Assembly (NCBI GenBank): GCA_049840735.1
Contig: JASGJN010000002.1
Span: 32,001-96,000, forward strand
From: Anaeromyxobacter sp.
Lineage (GTDB): Bacteria > Myxococcota > Myxococcia > Myxococcales > Anaeromyxobacteraceae
Reading direction: 5' to 3'
Length of the DNA stretch: 64,000 nt
Part shown: positions 53,092 through 63,809 of the stretch, one piece after another
Position numbering within the stretch: position 1 is the first letter of the stretch
Layout of the letters: each line of letters starts with the position of its first letter
Notes under the pieces: generated by a model
The model's database searches: none
The model's input: the letters and a program-made list of their open reading frames with translations, nothing else
What the model was told of the DNA's origin: nothing
Program-made: the position numbers and the translations under genes

Positions 53092-53815
53092 GAGGCGTGC
53101 TCCTGGTGAATGTGGGTGGTCGGAGCCTATGCACGGCCGGTGTCGATTCAACGCCGACGTGCGAGTCGGCTCATGCGGTATTCACGGTCCGTGATCGCGA
53201 AGCTGAAGAATCCGAGAACTTGGATCTCCACTTCGGCTGTCGCACGGAAATCCCTGCGCCGCAGCGTCCACGCGCGGCACGGGGGCGCAGCGCGATCGCG
53301 GCGAGATGCCACCTGGCCGCCAGCCGGATCGACGCTCCGCACGCGTCCGCGATCGTCCCCCGCATCGCCGGCGGCGCAGGCTCAGTTCACTGTACGTCAT
53401 GACCGGTCGCCGGCTCGCGCGCCGCGCCGGACGGCCCGCGCCTCCCGGCTCGACGCTGGGTCCGTCGCGGGGCCCGGCGCGGGCGCCAGGAGGCCTCGCA
53501 GGCCGGGGCCGCCCTTCCCCGCCGCCCAGCCGCGAGCGCCCTCCCCGCCGGTGCTCGCGCTCGACCCTCCGGATCTCGCGGGGATGTGCGAGGTCAGCCA
53601 GCCCCGGGGACCACCTGCCCTGACACGAGCGCACACGCGATCGTCATCTTCGTTCGCGGATTTTTGATCTTTCGGGAACAACGTGGAGCAACGCCTCGTC
53701 CCACCTTCGTCACATCCAACGCGAGGTGTCTCGACGGGGAGCCGGCGCCGCAGGGGCGGGCCGGCAGGGCGGGCGGAGCGCCCTGGTACGCCTCGCGGAG
53801 GATTCACCGGGGAGC

Positions 53816-56800
53816 ATGGCGATGTTTGCGACGAGGCGGATGGCGCTGCTGGCGGGGACGCTGGCGGCGTTGGTCATCACCGGGTGCGGGGGCACCGGGC
53901 AGCAGCAGGCAGCGAGCGAGGAGTCGGAGGGGCCGACGACGGCCGCGGCGGTGACGCTCAACCCGAGCGACACCTACGTGAACCTGTTCAAGTGGCGCTG
54001 GAAGGACATCGCCACCGAGTGCACCAGCTTCCTGGGGCCGCAGGGCTTCGGGGCGGTGCAGATCTCGCCGCCGGCCGAGCACAAGAACGTCAACTACTGG
54101 TGGAACATCTACCAGCCGGTCAACCACCACAACCTGACCAGCGACATGGGCACGCCGGCCGAGCTGCAGACCATGATCGACACCTGCCACGCGGCGGGCG
54201 TCCGGGTCTACGCCGACGTGGTGTTCAACCAGATGTCGGCCGACTCCGGCACGGGCGTGGGGGGCTCCAGCTTCAACGCCTCCACCTTCACCTACCCGTA
54301 CTTCGGCTCGAGCGACTTCCACTCCTACTGCACCATCGACTACTCGAGCGCCAGCAACACCGCCAGCTGCTGGCTGCTGGGCATGCCGGACCTGAACACC
54401 GGCTCGAGCTACGTGCAGGGCCAGTTCGTCGCCTACCTCGACTCGCTCATCGCCATGGGCGTGGACGGCTTCCGCATCGACGCGGCCAAGCACATCCTCC
54501 CCTCCGAGCTGCAGACCATCCTGGCCGCCGCCACGCAGACCACGCTGCTGGGTGAGTCCGTCTTCGTGACCCACGAGGTCATCGAGGACCAGTCCTGGAT
54601 CGACCTCGCCGCCTACCAGGCCAGCGGCACCGTCAACGAGTTCCGCTTCACGCGCGCGGTCCGCGACGCCTTCCGCAACAACGCCCTGGGCTCCGTCACC
54701 ACGTACATGGGCACGGGCTCGGGCGGCGGCACCTACAGCCTGATCACCACCAGCGCCAAGGCCACGGTGTTCGTCAACAACCACGACACCGAGCGCGCCA
54801 CCAGCGACTCGCTCAACTACACCTCCGACTCCGGCGGCAAGTACGACCTGGCCAACATCTACATGCTGGCCCAGCCCTACGGCCGCGCCCAGCTCCAGTC
54901 CGGCTACGCCTTCTCGTACTCCAACACCGACGAGAACGCGCCCACCGGCAGCCCGTACGACTCGAGCGGCAACCCGGTCATCACCACCACCTGCTCCAAC
55001 ACCAGCACCGCCTGCGGCTGGGACTTCGTGCACCGCTGGAGCACCATCTCCCCGATGGTGAAGTTCCGCAGCGCCGCCTCCGGCACCGCGATGACGGTGC
55101 GCTCGACCGGTAACGGCAACCAGCTCGCCTTCAGCCGCGGCAGCGTCGGCTTCGTGGCCCTGAACAACGACAGCTCCTCGAGCTGGACCGCCACCTTCGC
55201 CACCGGCCTCCCCGCCGGCACCTACTGCAACGTCGTCCACGGCGTGCTGAGCAGCGCCGGGACGGCCTGCGCCAGCGACAGCGTGACGGTGGACTCCAGC
55301 GGGAACGCCACCATCACGGTCCCGGTCCGGGGCGGCAGCTCCATCTCGGCGGTGGCCATCTACACCGGCCAGAAGGTCGGCGCGGTCACCACCGCGCCCG
55401 ACGCTCCCACCGGCGTCACCGCCACGGCGGCGTCGTCCAGCGCCATCAACCTGTCCTGGACGGCCTCCAGCGGCGCGGCCTCGTACACGGTCTACCGGTC
55501 CACCTCGGCGTCGAGCGGCTTCGCCGCCCTCGGCACCACCACCAGCACCAGCTACGCCAGCACCGGGCTGTCGTCGGCGACCACGTACTACTACTACGTG
55601 ACCGCCACCAACTCGGTCGGCACCTCGGGCGCGTCCTCCACCGTCTCGGCCACCACCTCGCTCTACTCGGCCAACTACGGCGCGATGTACCTGCGCGGCT
55701 CGATGAACAGCTGGGGCGCGACGGCCATGTCGCTCACCGCCAACAACCTCTGGTCCACCTCGGTGACCCTCACCGCCGGCACGACCTACACGTACAAGTA
55801 CGAGAATCGGCGGCGGCACCACCTGGTCCACGAACTGGGGCCTCGCCTCCAGCTCCACCACCAGCCTCACCTCCGGCACCGGCTCGGCCAGCGGCTACAA
55901 CATCTACTTCACCGCCACCACCTCCGGCGCCCACGTCTTCACCTTCAACGACAGCACGCTGGCCTTCACGGTCTCCGCGCCGTCCAGCGCCCCGTCGGCC
56001 CCGACCGGCGTGAGCGTGGCCACCGTCTCCTCGTCCAGCCTGACCGTCTCCTGGACCGCCTCCAGCGGCGCCACCTCCTACACCGTCTACCGCTCGACCT
56101 CGGCCTCCGGGACCTTCTCGAGCGTCGGCACCGCGACGTCCGCCAGCTTCACCGACACCGGCCTGGCCGCGAGCACCACGTACTACTACTACGTGACCGC
56201 GACCAATTCGGTCGGCACCTCCAGCGCCTCGAGCACCGCCTCGGGCACCACCAGCGCCACGGTCACCGTGCCCAGCGCGCCCACCGGCGTCTCGGTCGCG
56301 ACCGTCTCCTCGTCCAGCCTGACGGTCTCCCTGGACCGCCTCCAGCGGCGCCACCTCGTACACCGTCTACCGCTCGACCTCGGCCTCCGGGACCTTCTCG
56401 AGCGCCGGCACGGCGACCAGCGCCTCGTTCACCGACACCGGCCTGACCGCGAGCACCACGTACTACTACTACGTGACCGCCACCAACTCGGCCGGCACCT
56501 CCAGCGCCTCCAGCACCGCCTCGGGGACGACCGGCGCCACCGAGACCATCACGTACACCGGCGGTTACTCCGCCATGTACCTGCGCGGCACCATGAACTC
56601 CTGGGGCGCCTCCGCGATGACGCTGGTCGCTGATCACACCTGGGCGGTCACGGCCTCGCTGACGGCCAGCACGGCGTACCAGTTCAAGTACGAGATCGGC
56701 GGCGGCTCCACCTGGTCGACCAACTGGGGCAAGTCCTCCAGCTCCACCACCAGCGCGACGGAAGGCACCGCGGTGAAGTCCGGGTCCTACAACCTGTACT

Positions 56801-57213
56801 TCACGCCCAGCACCTCCGGGACGTACACGTTCCTGTTCGACGACGCCACGCTCAGCTGGTGGATCGTCGGCTCCGCGGCCTCCTCCAGCTTCACCGGTAC
56901 CTACTCCGCCATGTACCTGCGCGGCACCATGAACTCCTGGGGTGCCACCGCCATGTCGAAGTGGGCCGACCACCTCTGGCGCACCTCGGTCTCCCTCACC
57001 GCCGGGACCACGTACCAGTACAAGTACGAGATCGGCGGCGGCTCCACCTGGTCCACGAACTGGGGCAAGTCCTCCAGCTCCACCACCAGCGCCACGGAGG
57101 GCACGGCAGCGAAGTCGGGCAGCTACAACCTCTACTTCACGCCCACCGTCACCGGGACCTACGTCTTCCAGTTCGACGAGTCCACGCTCACCTACACGAT
57201 CATCAAGAGCTAG
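53816..57213 (+). CDS. GH13 alpha-amylase lipoprotein: catalytic domain, FN3, X, FN3, FN3, X, X; two frameshifts (about 55805 and 56330)
   Basis: ATG at 53816 after GGGAG, lipobox ITGC. Catalytic triad in GFRIDAAKH, THEVI, FVNNHD. Repeated MYLRG(S/T)MNSWG modules. Confidence 0.9.
55682..57213 (+). repeat. Copy 1 of an approximately 1.5-kb direct repeat (X-FN3-FN3-X-X tail)
   Basis: Long identical stretches with 60693..62223 at an offset of about 5010 bp. Confidence 0.85.
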
Positions 57214-57224
57214 CAGCCGCTCCA

Positions 57225-57263
57225 CCGTCGTGCGGCCGTGCCTCGGGCGCGGCCGCACGGCGG
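57225..57263 (+). terminator. GC-rich intergenic hairpin (terminator or mRNA-stabilising stem)
   Basis: CCGTCGTGCGGCCG...CGGCCGCACGGCGG immediately after the amylase stop. Confidence 0.55.
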
Positions 57264-57377
57264 ACTTCGTGACGCCGGCCCTCCGGGCCGGCGCCGCCTC
57301 ACCCATTCCATGGCGTCCACCGTGCGCGCGGCGAGGGCCGCGCGCACGGGACGCCCTTGCCTTGCCTTGGAGCGACC

Positions 57378-60300
57378 ATGAGACGAGGAGCGGAGCACCC
57401 GATCACGCTGGCGACCGCCGCAGCCCTGGCGGTGGCCTGCGCGCTGGGCGGCGCGCAGGTGGCGCAGGGCGCCGACATCCCGGCGGCGCACGTCTACCAC
57501 AACCACATGCCCAACTTCTGGCCGTACTACGCCACCAGCGACGCGGCGGTGCTGGCCAAGTACAACGCCCTCTCCACCGGGGCGTCCATCAGCTACACCT
57601 CGGACGGCGACGTCATCGCGCTGAAGCTCAGCCCGCCCTCCGGCTACACCTACTACCTGCCCTCGACGGTCGGCTCCGGCGCCATGCCGCACGACGACCT
57701 GGTCAGCTACTACTCCGCCAACGCGAAGTACGCCTGCTACCAGAGCGGCGGGTGGCCCATGGCCACGGCCGAGCTGCAGTACGCCACCTCCAGGCTCGGC
57801 CAGGTCCACACCACCTTCTCCGGCGCGCTCGCCACCAACGTGAACAACATCGAGCTCACCGCCGGCAGCATCGGGCTTTCGGGGCTCTACACCCAGGGCT
57901 CGAGCTGGAACGCCACCTGGAAGTCCGACTACAACAACCTGCTCACCACCAACGGCTACCGGGTGCTGGACCTGATCCACTTCACCGGCCACCACTCGCT
58001 GGGGCCGCTGGTGGGGCGGGAGTACTTCGAGAAGGACCTGATCGCCCACGCCGCCACCCTGGCGCAGTCCTGGTTCCTCGGCTCCAGCTACCGCTCCTCC
58101 AACGGCTTCTTCCCCACCGAGCTCTCCTTCTCGGAGCGGCTCATCCCCACGCTCTCCAAGCTGGGCATCAAGTGGTCGGTGCTGGGCAACAACCACTTCT
58201 CCCGCACGCTGACCGACTACCCCTACGCCACCTATGACGCGACCGGTGACGCGGCCGACAGCCCGCCCAACAAGGCCGAGCTGCGCAACACCGACCCGTT
58301 CAGCGGCGGGGCCTGGGTGTCGAAGAACATGTACAACAACAGCACCGTCTCGATCGTGAACAAGTACCCGTTCGCCTCGGTGCCGCACAACGTCCGCTAC
58401 GTCGACCCCATGACCGGCGCCGCCAGCGCCGTGGCCGGCATCCCGGTCACCATCAACGGCTCCTGGGAGGAGGGCTACCTCGGCTCGATCACGGTGGGCG
58501 AGTACTCGCCCTACACCACCAGCGCCGCCAACGCCGGGCGGACGCAGTTCTTCGTCATCGCCCACGACGGCGACAACTCCTCCGGGCGCTCGGGCAGCTA
58601 CGACACCTGGCAGGCGGGCGTGACGGTGACCGGCGTGAGCCCGGGGGTGAACCTGGGCGTGGACGAGTACCTCAAGGCCTACCCCATCCCCAGCACCGAC
58701 GTGATGCACGTGCAGGACGGCTCCTGGGGTGACGTGCTCGACTCGTCCGCCAACCCGATGTTCTACCACTGGCACCTGCCGCCCCTCATCTGGGCCAGCC
58801 AGTTCTCCGCCTTCAACACCGCCAAGGGGCTCAGCCTCGCGCCCAAGACCAACCTCAAGGGCGTGAGCGAGGGCGCGACCGTCTCGCTCGAGTACGGCTG
58901 GCACTTCCAGGAGAACATCTTCGCCAAGCTCCAGGCGGCCCTGAACTACGCCGTCACCGCCGAGCAGATCTGGCTCGACAACCACACCAGCCACTGGTCG
59001 CCGGGGAGCACCAGCGCCACGCTCGACCCGCAGATCACCTACGCCGGCAACCAGCTCAACCCCTGGATGATCGCCGCGCCGGTCAAGGGCGACGCCTCCA
59101 ACGGCTATGCGGGCGGCGCGAACCCGGCCGAGCTGGCCTGGTACTTCCTGCTGCCGGCGATGGACTCCGGGTTCGGCTACTACGGCGAGAACACCGACGA
59201 CGAGGTGAAGCCGGCCCTGGCCTTCAACAACTCGCTGGTCTTCTCCAAGCCCTACGTCACCACCAACCTGGCGCAGGACCGGACCGGCCCCTCGGTCTGG
59301 CTGCCGCAGCGCTACCCGTCCAACCCCGGCTCGGTCAACGCCTCCAAGGCCGAGGGCTGGACCACGCAGTGGTTCAGCAACAAGTTCGCGGTCTACACCT
59401 ACGCCTTCGACGCCTCGGGCATGTCCACCGTCAACCTGATGATCCGGCCGCACACCGGCTCGAGCATCAGCAACACGGACGACACGTACAAGGTCTACCA
59501 CCCGGCCGCGCTCTCCGGGACCTCCGGCCTGAGCATCACCACCGCCAACGTCGGCTCGTGGGTGGCCTACCCCATGACCGGGCGTGACCTCACCGCCGAG
59601 ATGAACGGCGTGAGCTGGATCCCGACCGTCCAGGCGACCATGGCGGTGGTGCCCACGACGCTGACCGGCAACCTGTACTACGCCTACCTGGATCAGTACC
59701 GGGGCCAGTACCTCGACTACTACGTCCAGGCCACCGACGCGCTGGGCAACATCACCAGCTCGGACATCCAGCAGGTCTACGTGGGCTACGGCACCTACGC
59801 CGCCGGCGGCAACTCGGGCTACACCGAGAGCGCCAGCGGCACGGTGGCCGGCACCAGCCCGTTCCTGACCGGCACGGTGGCGACCGCCACGGTGGCCATG
59901 CCGGACTTCAACCCGCCCTCCGGCGTCTACTCGTCTGCGAAGTCGGTGCAGATCCTGTCCGGCACCAGCGGCGCCTCGGTCTACTACACCACCGACGGCA
60001 CCACCCCCACCACCTCCTCGACGCTCTACACCGGCCCCGTGACGGTGAGCGCCTCCTCGCTGCTGCGCGCCATCGCCGTCTCCGGCTCGGTGAGCAGCGG
60101 CGCCTCCTCGTCCACGTACATCATCACCGGGACGGTGAGCGTGCCCACCACGCCCACCGGCGTCGCGGCGGTGCCGGCCTCCTCCACCTCGGCCACGGTC
60201 TCCTGGGCCGGCGTCAGCTCGGCCACGTCGTACACCGTCTACCGGGCCAGCAGCTCGAGCGGCACCTACGCCTCGGCGGGCACCACCACCAGCACCAGCC

Positions 60301-62223
60301 TGACCGACAGCGGCCTCACCGCGGGCGGCACGTACTACTACTACGTCACCGCCAGCAACTCGGCCGGCACCTCGGTCGCGTCCTCGGTGGCCAGCGTCAG
60401 CCTGACCGCCCCGGCCGCGCCGACCGGCGTGTCGGTGGCGACCGCGTCGTCCAGCTCCCTCACCGTCAGCTGGACCGCCTCCAGCGGCGCCACCTCGTAC
60501 ACCGTCTACCGCGCGACCTCGTCGGCCGGGACCTACACGGCCCTCGGCACCTCGAGCACGACCTCGTACACCGCCACCGGCCTCACCGCCGGGACGTCGT
60601 ACTACTTCTACGTCACCGCCACCAACGCGGTGGGCACGTCCGCGGCGTCGGCCATCGTCTCGGCGGGCACGGGGTACAGCTCGAACTACAGCGCGATGTA
60701 CCTGCGCGGCTCGATGAACAGCTGGGGCGCGACGGCCATGTCGCTCACCGCCAACAACCTCTGGTCCGGATCGGTCAGCCTCACCGCGGGCACGACCTAC
60801 ACGTACAAGTACGAGATCGGCGGCGGCACCACCTGGTCCACGAACTGGGGCCTCGCCTCCAGCTCCACCACCAGCCTCACCTCCGGCACCGGCTCGGCCA
60901 GCGGCTACAACATCTACTTCACCGCCACCACCACCGGCACCCACGTCTTCACCTTCAACGACAGCACGCTGGCCTTCACGGTCACCGGACCGTCCAGCGC
61001 CCCGTCGGCCCCGACCGGCGTGAGCGTGGCCACCGTCTCCTCGTCCAGCCTGACCGTCTCCTGGACCGCCTCCAGCGGCGCCACCTCCTACACCGTCTAC
61101 CGCTCGACCTCGGCCTCCGGGACCTTCTCGAGCGTCGGCACGGCGACCAGCGCCTCGTTCACCGACACCGGCCTGACCGCGAGCACGACCTACTACTACT
61201 ACGTGACCGCGACCAACTCGTACGGCACCTCCAGCGCCTCCAGCACCGCCTCCGGCACCACCAGCGCCACGGTGACGATCCCCACGGCCCCCAGCACCGT
61301 CTCGGTGGCCACGGTCTCGTCCTCCAGCCTGACGGTCACCTGGACGGCGTCCAGCGGCGCCACCTCGTACACGGTCTACCGCTCGACCTCGTCCTCCGGG
61401 ACCTTCTCGAGCGCCGGCACGTCGACCTCGGCCAGCTTCACCGACACCGGCCTGGCGGCCAGCACGACCTACTACTACTACGTCACCGCCACCAACTCGG
61501 CCGGCACCTCCAGCGCCTCGAGCACCGCCTCGGGCACGACCAGCGCCGCCTCGACCGTCACGTACACCGGCAGCTACTCGGCCATGTACCTGCGCGGCAC
61601 CATGAACTCCTGGGGCGCCACCACCATGTCCCTCATCGCCGATCACACCTGGGCCGGCTCGGCGACGCTCACCGCGTCGACGGCCTACCAGTTCAAGTTC
61701 GAGATCGGCGGCGGCTCCACCTGGTCGACCAACTGGGGCAAGTCGTCCAGCTCGACCACCAGCGCGACGGAAGGCACCGCGGTGAAGTCCGGGTCCTACA
61801 ACCTGTACTTCACGCCCAGCACGGCCGGCACGTACACCTTCATCTTCGACGACTCCACCCTCAGCTACTGGGTCGTCGGCTCCGCGGCCTCCTCCAGCTT
61901 CACCGGCACCTACTCCGCCATGTACCTGCGCGGCACCATGAACACCTGGGGTGCCACCGCCATGTCGAAGTGGGCTGACCACCTCTGGCGCACCTCGGTC
62001 TCCCTCACCGCCGGGACCACGTACCAGTACAAGTACGAGAATCGGCGGCGGCTCCACCTGGTCCACGAACTGGGGCAAGTCCTCCAGCTCCACCACCAGC
62101 GCCACGGAAGGCACGGCGGTGAAGTCGGGCGGGTACAACCTGTACTTCACGCCGACCGTCACCGGGACCTACGTCTTCCAGTTCGACGAGTCCACGCTGA
62201 CGTACACCATCATCGCGAACTAG
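57378..62223 (+). CDS. GH119-like (IgtZ type, GH57-related) secreted alpha-amylase: catalytic domain, FN3-associated domain, FN3, FN3, X, FN3, FN3, X, X; one frameshift at about 62040
   Basis: AAHVYHNHMPNFW, FTGHHSLGPL, GFFPTELSFSER, IAHDGDN, AMDSGFGYY; signal peptide; YYTTDGTTP module. Confidence 0.8.
60693..62223 (+). repeat. Copy 2 of the approximately 1.5-kb direct repeat
   Basis: Matches 55682..57213. Confidence 0.85.
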
Positions 62224-62240
62224 CAGCACCGGCATCGAGC

Positions 62241-62280
62241 GCGGCCCCGCCTGTCCGCAGGCGGGGCCGCTGTTCTTTTT
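62241..62280 (+). terminator. Intrinsic terminator
   Basis: 13-bp stem GCGGCCCCGCCTG/CAGGCGGGGCCGC followed by TGTTCTTTTT. Confidence 0.9.
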
Positions 62281-62800
62281 GAAGAGGGGCTGATCCACTG
62301 CTCACGGCATCGCCAGCCAGACCGCGCCGCGAGAGCCCCAGCAAGTCCCGGAGCGCCGCAGGGCGGCCGCGGAGCGAGGACAATCCCGCAGGCCCGCATC
62401 GCCAATCGACCAGGTACGCGCGCGGCCTGGGCCGGCCGGTGCGAGCCGGGCACCCGTCCAAAGGCCGCCGGCCGACCGCCGCATCGAACACGGCTCGGGA
62501 GTGGACCACTCGCTGGTCGGCCTGCGGCCTGCGTTGTGCCCGGCGAGCGCAGAGACGGAGTGAGGCCCGCGCGCGGAAAGCCACGAGCGGCCGGGCCGAG
62601 GACGTCCGAGCGAAGCGGCCGACCGGAGGCGAGGAGGGACGAAGACCGCTGGCGTTCCCCGCGGGGACTACATGCGACCCGCCCCACCCCTAGTGGGTCA
62701 ATGCAAAGCGGAACAAGGACGGCAGCTTCGGCCTCCCTTATCGCCCCGCCCGGCCGTGCCGAAAGCCCCTTGGGGACCCGTGTGCCCCAGGAGACCGACC

Positions 62801-63142
62801 ATGCCCAGCGCGCTCGCCATCGCCCAGACCGGACTGCAGGTGGCGGACATGCAGCTCGCGACCTCCGCCCACAACGTCGCGAACGTGCTGACCGACGGGT
62901 TCGAGCCCAGCCGCGTCGAGCAGCGCGAGCTCGCCGGCGGCGGCGTCACCGGTACGGTGCAGCCCGCCTCCGACCCGGTGGCCGAGTCGCGCGCCGACCA
63001 GGCCATCCTCGCGCCTTCCAGGACGGACATCGCGCAGGAGATCCTGGCCCAGCAGCGTGCGTCGCTCGCCTACCAGGCCAGCGCCGCCACCATCAAGGTC
63101 GCCGAGCAGGCCACCGACGCGCTCATCGAGGCGCTCGGCTAA
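62801..63142 (+). CDS. Short orphan flagellar basal-body rod-like protein
   Basis: AGGAG RBS; IAQTGL...SAHNVANV.TDGF, and C-terminal DIAQE...AYQASAATIKVA. Confidence 0.75.
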   Translation: MPSALAIAQTGLQVADMQLATSAHNVANVLTDGFEPSRVEQRELAGGGVTGTVQPASDPVAESRADQAILAPSRTDIAQEILAQQRASLAYQASAATIKVAEQATDALIEALG

Positions 63143-63304
63143 GCCTCCGTCAGCATCGCAGCCCGGACGCGCCCCGATCCCTCTCGGGGCGTGTGCGTTT
63201 ACGCCGCCTGATGCGTTGCGTCCCGCCGGCCTCGCGGGCACCATGTCGTGCATTCCGGCGCTGGGGCGCACCCACCGCCGGCTGCCCACGGAGACGGCCT
63301 CGCG

Positions 63305-63715
63305 ATGAAAGAGATCCACTGGAAGAAGGTCTGCTGCCCCGTCGACTTCTCCGCCGAGTCCCACGCCGCCCTGCGCGTCGCCACCGACCTGTGCAAGCGG
63401 TTCGGTGGCGAGCTGACGCTGGTCCACGTGAACGACGCCAGCCACGAGGCGCCGGCTGACGAGCTGGCCAAGCTGGTGGCCGAGGTCCAGAAGGCAGGCC
63501 TGGCCGGCGCCGCCGTCAAGGAGACCGACGGCGATCCCAAGACCGCCATCGCGGAGTACGCCAACCACCACCACTTCGACCTGGTGGTCATGGGCACCCA
63601 CGGCCGCACCGGCCGCGCACACGCGCTGGTCGGCTCGGTGGCCGAGAACACGGTCCGCCGCTCCCGCTGCCCGGTGATGGTGATCCACGCCGACTGGCCG
63701 GGGCTGCATCGGTAG
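63305..63715 (+). CDS. Universal stress protein
   Basis: CPVDFS, LTLVHV, DLVVMGTHGRTG, GSVAENTVR..CPVMV. Confidence 0.9.
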   Translation: MKEIHWKKVCCPVDFSAESHAALRVATDLCKRFGGELTLVHVNDASHEAPADELAKLVAEVQKAGLAGAAVKETDGDPKTAIAEYANHHHFDLVVMGTHGRTGRAHALVGSVAENTVRRSRCPVMVIHADWPGLHR

Positions 63716-63725
63716 CGACGCCTGG

Positions 63726-63801
63726 CCTTCGACTCCGGGGCCGCCTCACGGCGACCCCTACGCTCAGGCCGAACGGACCGAAAGGACCTTCGGCCTGGGC
63801 G
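63726..63801. repeat. REP-like palindromic element with a hairpin between convergent genes
   Basis: CCTTCGACTCC...TACGCTCAGG.CGAACGG pattern; stem CGCTCAGGCCGAA/TTCGGCCTGGGCG. Confidence 0.55.
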
Positions 63802-63809
63802 CTTGGCCC

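Noticed and set aside
1771..62043. Mass pseudogenisation or programmed ribosomal frameshifting
   Set aside because: The indels hit unrelated genes, carry no slippery sites and come without in-frame stops. They concentrate at GATC and homopolymers, which is an error signature.
55682..62223. Diversity-generating retroelement TR/VR pair
   Set aside because: Differences between the repeat copies are not adenine-specific, both copies are coding, and no reverse transcriptase is present.
37900..62223. CRISPR array
   Set aside because: All long repeats are coding FN3 or binding modules. There is no repeat-spacer structure and no cas gene.
62290..62790. Possible ncRNA or small gene in the spacer after the amylase terminator
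   Set aside because: No recognisable RNA family motif or convincing ORF.
62801..63142. Flagellar gene cluster
   Set aside because: Only one short orphan rod-like gene is present, which is a common occurrence.
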